A stretch of DNA of 64,000 bases from Octopus bimaculoides (lineage: Eukaryota), in the NCBI RefSeq assembly GCF_001194135.2, contig NC_068985.1:23217994-23281993 (forward strand). Direction: 5' to 3'. The stretch's first letter is position 1, and the number at the start of each line of letters is the position of its first letter. The notes beneath the pieces were generated by a model. It saw only the letters and a program-made list of their open reading frames with translations, did no database searches and had not been told where the DNA came from. The position numbers and the translations under genes are program-made. Positions 60,858 to 64,000 of the stretch are shown here, piece by piece.

Positions 60858-61375
60858 GTGCAGGTGTGACTGTGTGGTAAGAAGCTTGCTTCTCGACTAT
60901 ATGGTTCTAGGTGCAGTTCCACTGCATAACAACTTGAGCAAGTGTCTTTTACCATAGCTCCAGACCAACTAATGCTTGGTGAATGGATTTGGTAGAGAGA
61001 AACTAAAGTCTGTCTGCCTGTTTATCTCTCTATCCATCCATCCATCCATCCATCCATCCATACATACATACATACACACATACATATGTGTATATTTGAG
61101 TGGTGTGTGTGTGCTTGTGTGTCTTTGTTTTGACTTTGTATGGTACTTGTAAATGAGTGTCACCGTCATACTAGCAGTGTCATTTATTTCCAATATTCTG
61201 TGAAAATGTCTTGCCATGAGGAAATATTACTTTACTCGGAAACAGGTGAGGATTGGTGACACGACGGGCATCCAACTGAAGTAGAAAACCTGCTTCAAAT
61301 AAATTCTGTTCAACCAATGCAGGCATGGAAAAGTGGACGTTAAATGATGATGATGATGGTGATGATGATGATAAC
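60858..61375 (+). mobile_element. Family B SINE head with an RTE-like 3' tail
   Basis: GACTGTGTGGTAAGAAGCTTGC head; GGAAACAGGTGAGG...GCATGGAAAAGTGGACGTTAAATGATGATG. Confidence 0.78.
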
Positions 61376-61399
61376 ATCCTGCTGTGGACTTGCATAGGC

Positions 61400-62268
61400 T
61401 TGAAAGAAATGAAGCTAGTATGATCCGCTGGATGTATAATGTCAGTGTGCATACATGACAGAGTGTAAGTGCCCTGCGAGAAAACTTGGACATAAGAAGC
61501 ATCAAATGTGGTGTGCGAGAGAGGCGTCTGCGCTGGTATAGTCATGTGTTACGTATGAATGAAGACAGCTGTGTGAGGAAGTGCCATTCTCTAACTGTAG
61601 AAGGAACCTGTGGAAGAGGTAGACCCAGGAAGACATGGTATGAGATGGGGAAGCATGACCTTCGAACATTAGGCCACACACAGGCAATGATGGGAGACCG
61701 AGACCTTTAGAGATATGCTGTGATTGAGAAGACCTGGAAACTAAAGTGAGATCACAGCCACACATGTCCGGCCCTGTTAAGAATATCCCTGCTGCATTGA
61801 GCAATATGATATGCTTGAGAAGACCTGATGAGTCAAGTAAAACTAATATCGTAGCTGTGGTCAGTGCCCCCTGACAGGTTCCCGTGCTGGTGGCATGTAA
61901 AAAGCACCATCCAAATGTGGTTGATTCCAGGTCTGCCTGGCTCCCGTGCTAGTGGCACATAAAAAGCACCATCCGAATGTGGCTGGTGCCAGTACCCCCT
62001 GACTGACCCCCATGCTGGTGGCACATAAAAAGCACTATTCGAACATGATCAATGCCAGGCCTACCTGACTGGCTCCTGTGCCGATGGCAAATAAAAAGCA
62101 CCCACTACACCCTGAGAGTGGCTGGTTTTAGGAATGGCATCCAGCTGTAGAAACATTGCCAGATCAGATTGGAGCCTGGTGCAGCCACTGGCTCTCCAGA
62201 TCTCAGTCAAACCTTCCAACCAATGCCAGCATGAAAAACAGACGTTAAACAACGATGATGGTGATGAT
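61400..62268 (+). mobile_element. RTE LINE 3' fragment (ORF end plus repeat-rich 3' UTR plus tail)
   Basis: RRLRWYSHVLRM...CGRGRPRKTW; repeated GTGGCACATAAAAAGCACC; family tail. Confidence 0.88.
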
Positions 62269-62914
62269 TTCTTCTAGTGACGTTAATAATATAAGCATAC
62301 ATTGTGTGTGTGCTTGTATTTCCATACACACACATGTCAGTTAAAAACACATCCTAATTCTGTCAAAACACAAGAAAATCTATTTTAAAGTGCTTCAGGG
62401 AATAATAGTTAACGATTTCAGGGCTATGGCAAAACACTAAAATAGAAATAGATTTAAAAAACAAGAAATATTCCACTCAAAACAGATATTATTAATTCCA
62501 GGACTATGCATAGTGTCAATAAGGTATGTTTTCTCTTCAGCTGTACCAATAAGTAATATATATTAAGAATACATGGGAAATAGATTCTCTCAAATGCCCA
62601 GGTGATTCCCTAGAGGTATAGATAGTATATTTAACATCCTCTCATATCTGTTGTTGATGCACCCACCATTTTTGTCCTCCACTCACTGTAGCCACCACTA
62701 CATACCTCTGGCCTCCATCTCTGTCCCTATGCATTTCTCTTTCCCTTCTGCCATTCTCCCACACCACACATCATCTCTCTACTTTTTGATCTATTATACT
62801 GCTGTTCTCTATCGTTCCTGTACTGCCACTTAGTAGCTCCTCCTTCCCGGGTTATTTCTTTTACTTTCCCCTTCCCCATACTGATATTTACCATTGACCA
62901 CACCTCCAGACTTG

Positions 62915-63318
62915 TACTCTTTTACTTGTTTCAGTCATTTGACTGTGGCCATGCTGGAGCACCGCCTTTAGTCAAGCAAATTGAACCCAGGACTTATTCT
63001 TTGGAAGCCTAGTACTTCTTCTATCGGTCTCTTTTGCCAAACCGCTAAGTTACGGGGACGTAAACACACCAGCATCGGTTGTCAATCGATGTTGGGAGGA
63101 CAAACACAGACACACAAACATATACACACACACATACATATATATACATATACATATATACGACGGGCTTCTTTCAGTTTCCATCTACCAAATCCACTCA
63201 CAAGGTTTTGGTTGGCCCGAGGCTATAGCAGAAGACACTTGCCCAAGGTGCCACGCAGTGGGACTGAACCCGGAACCATGTGGTTGGTAAGCAAGCTACT
63301 TACCACACAGGCACTCCT
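62915..63318 (-). mobile_element. Family B SINE, full length and young
   Basis: CpG-rich and near-identical to 28440-28832. Confidence 0.85.
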
Positions 63319-63702
63319 ACGCCTGTACATTATTCACTTCATTTATCTCCATCTCTAACCAACTGTCACTCTACTCTCATACTCCTATGAACGTATCCAT
63401 CCACAACTCTGAATCCTTGGTCCACATTCTGTCTTTTACTCACCTTCCAGTACCTAGTAATACACTCTGACACCTCATCATCAATATTTTATCTTCTTTC
63501 CAGCTACTCCCACTCACTCTCTTCTATAGTATGATACATATGCTTGTCCTATCATATTTTAGTCTCTCAACACCTGGTATAAAGCCATCTCCCCATTGCT
63601 ACCTATTACAGCCCCCACTCAATGAATGAGGCTTCTTCTGTTTTTCTTTGTCATGCATGTTACTTGGCAATCTTACTAAATGATGATGATGATTATATAT
63701 AT

Positions 63703-63830
63703 AACTAGCAGAAACACTCGGCGTTGCCCGGGTTAAAGAGAATAATGAAATCTAAAAACGCCGACTAGACTACGCAACCCTCAACTGTTAGTAGCTACGA
63801 TACCATATTTCTACATTAATAACTCTCCAA
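63703..63830 (+). mobile_element. 5' end of a Helitron/Helentron-like non-autonomous element
   Basis: ACTAGCAGAAACACTCGGCGTTGCCCGGG start motif; 3' end not seen. Confidence 0.45.
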
Positions 63831-64000
63831 TCCATGCCAGCATGGAACATAGATATTAAGTGGAATGCTAGAAGAAAGTTTTCAACTCATATGTATATAA
63901 AGTAAATACACGTAATTCAGAAAAACGTTTTTGTGTATCTTATTTCGTAACCAAACAAACAGGTACAGATTATAAATAATGAAAGGCCAATTTTGGTGAT

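Overview
AT-rich, microsatellite- and transposon-dense eukaryotic DNA with several N gaps. The SINE/RTE repertoire looks like an octopus (coleoid cephalopod) genome; this is inferred from repeat style, not a database match. One clear protein-coding gene is present: an 8-exon RRP7A orthologue on the + strand (CDS 6327-29288). All introns are GT-AG, all phases are compatible, and the CDS is 804 nt (267 aa): MAKHNVLGFNVVRVKITEDTEVIRHLFIKPHSTRDADPQRPKNRTLFVINIPPYVNKKCLENFFLKCGKIENIFLCNKPTTDPVSVEVSKYIPNTEPLMCYKVAYVVFQNENCVTKAMKIFKDNVGILIKEKEYLTQNTGVKKWCKDYAGNSENTDVVKKELNDYFKEYDEKQELEKQKLKRKTEDTDAEGWMKVTKLSKVKANQPKVSRYIKRKQKKKRTEAHLLDFYTFQMKETQQNRIQELRKKFEEDKQKIALMKAARKFKPF. Head-to-head with it is a candidate two-exon gene for a 34-40 aa single-pass membrane microprotein. 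The rest is mostly mobile DNA: three tRNA-derived SINE families, RTE, CR1, Dong/R4 and Penelope-like remnants, three full-length decayed mariners, hAT/piggyBac/Helentron-type MITEs, a pogo remnant and a probable solo LTR. The most interesting signals are the divergent microprotein candidate, hammerhead-ribozyme motifs (one in sense inside RRP7A intron 3), inverted repeat pairs inside the RRP7A pre-mRNA, an 83-bp inverted duplication and a 54-bp palindrome. Repeat boundaries are approximate unless TIR/TSD positions are given.
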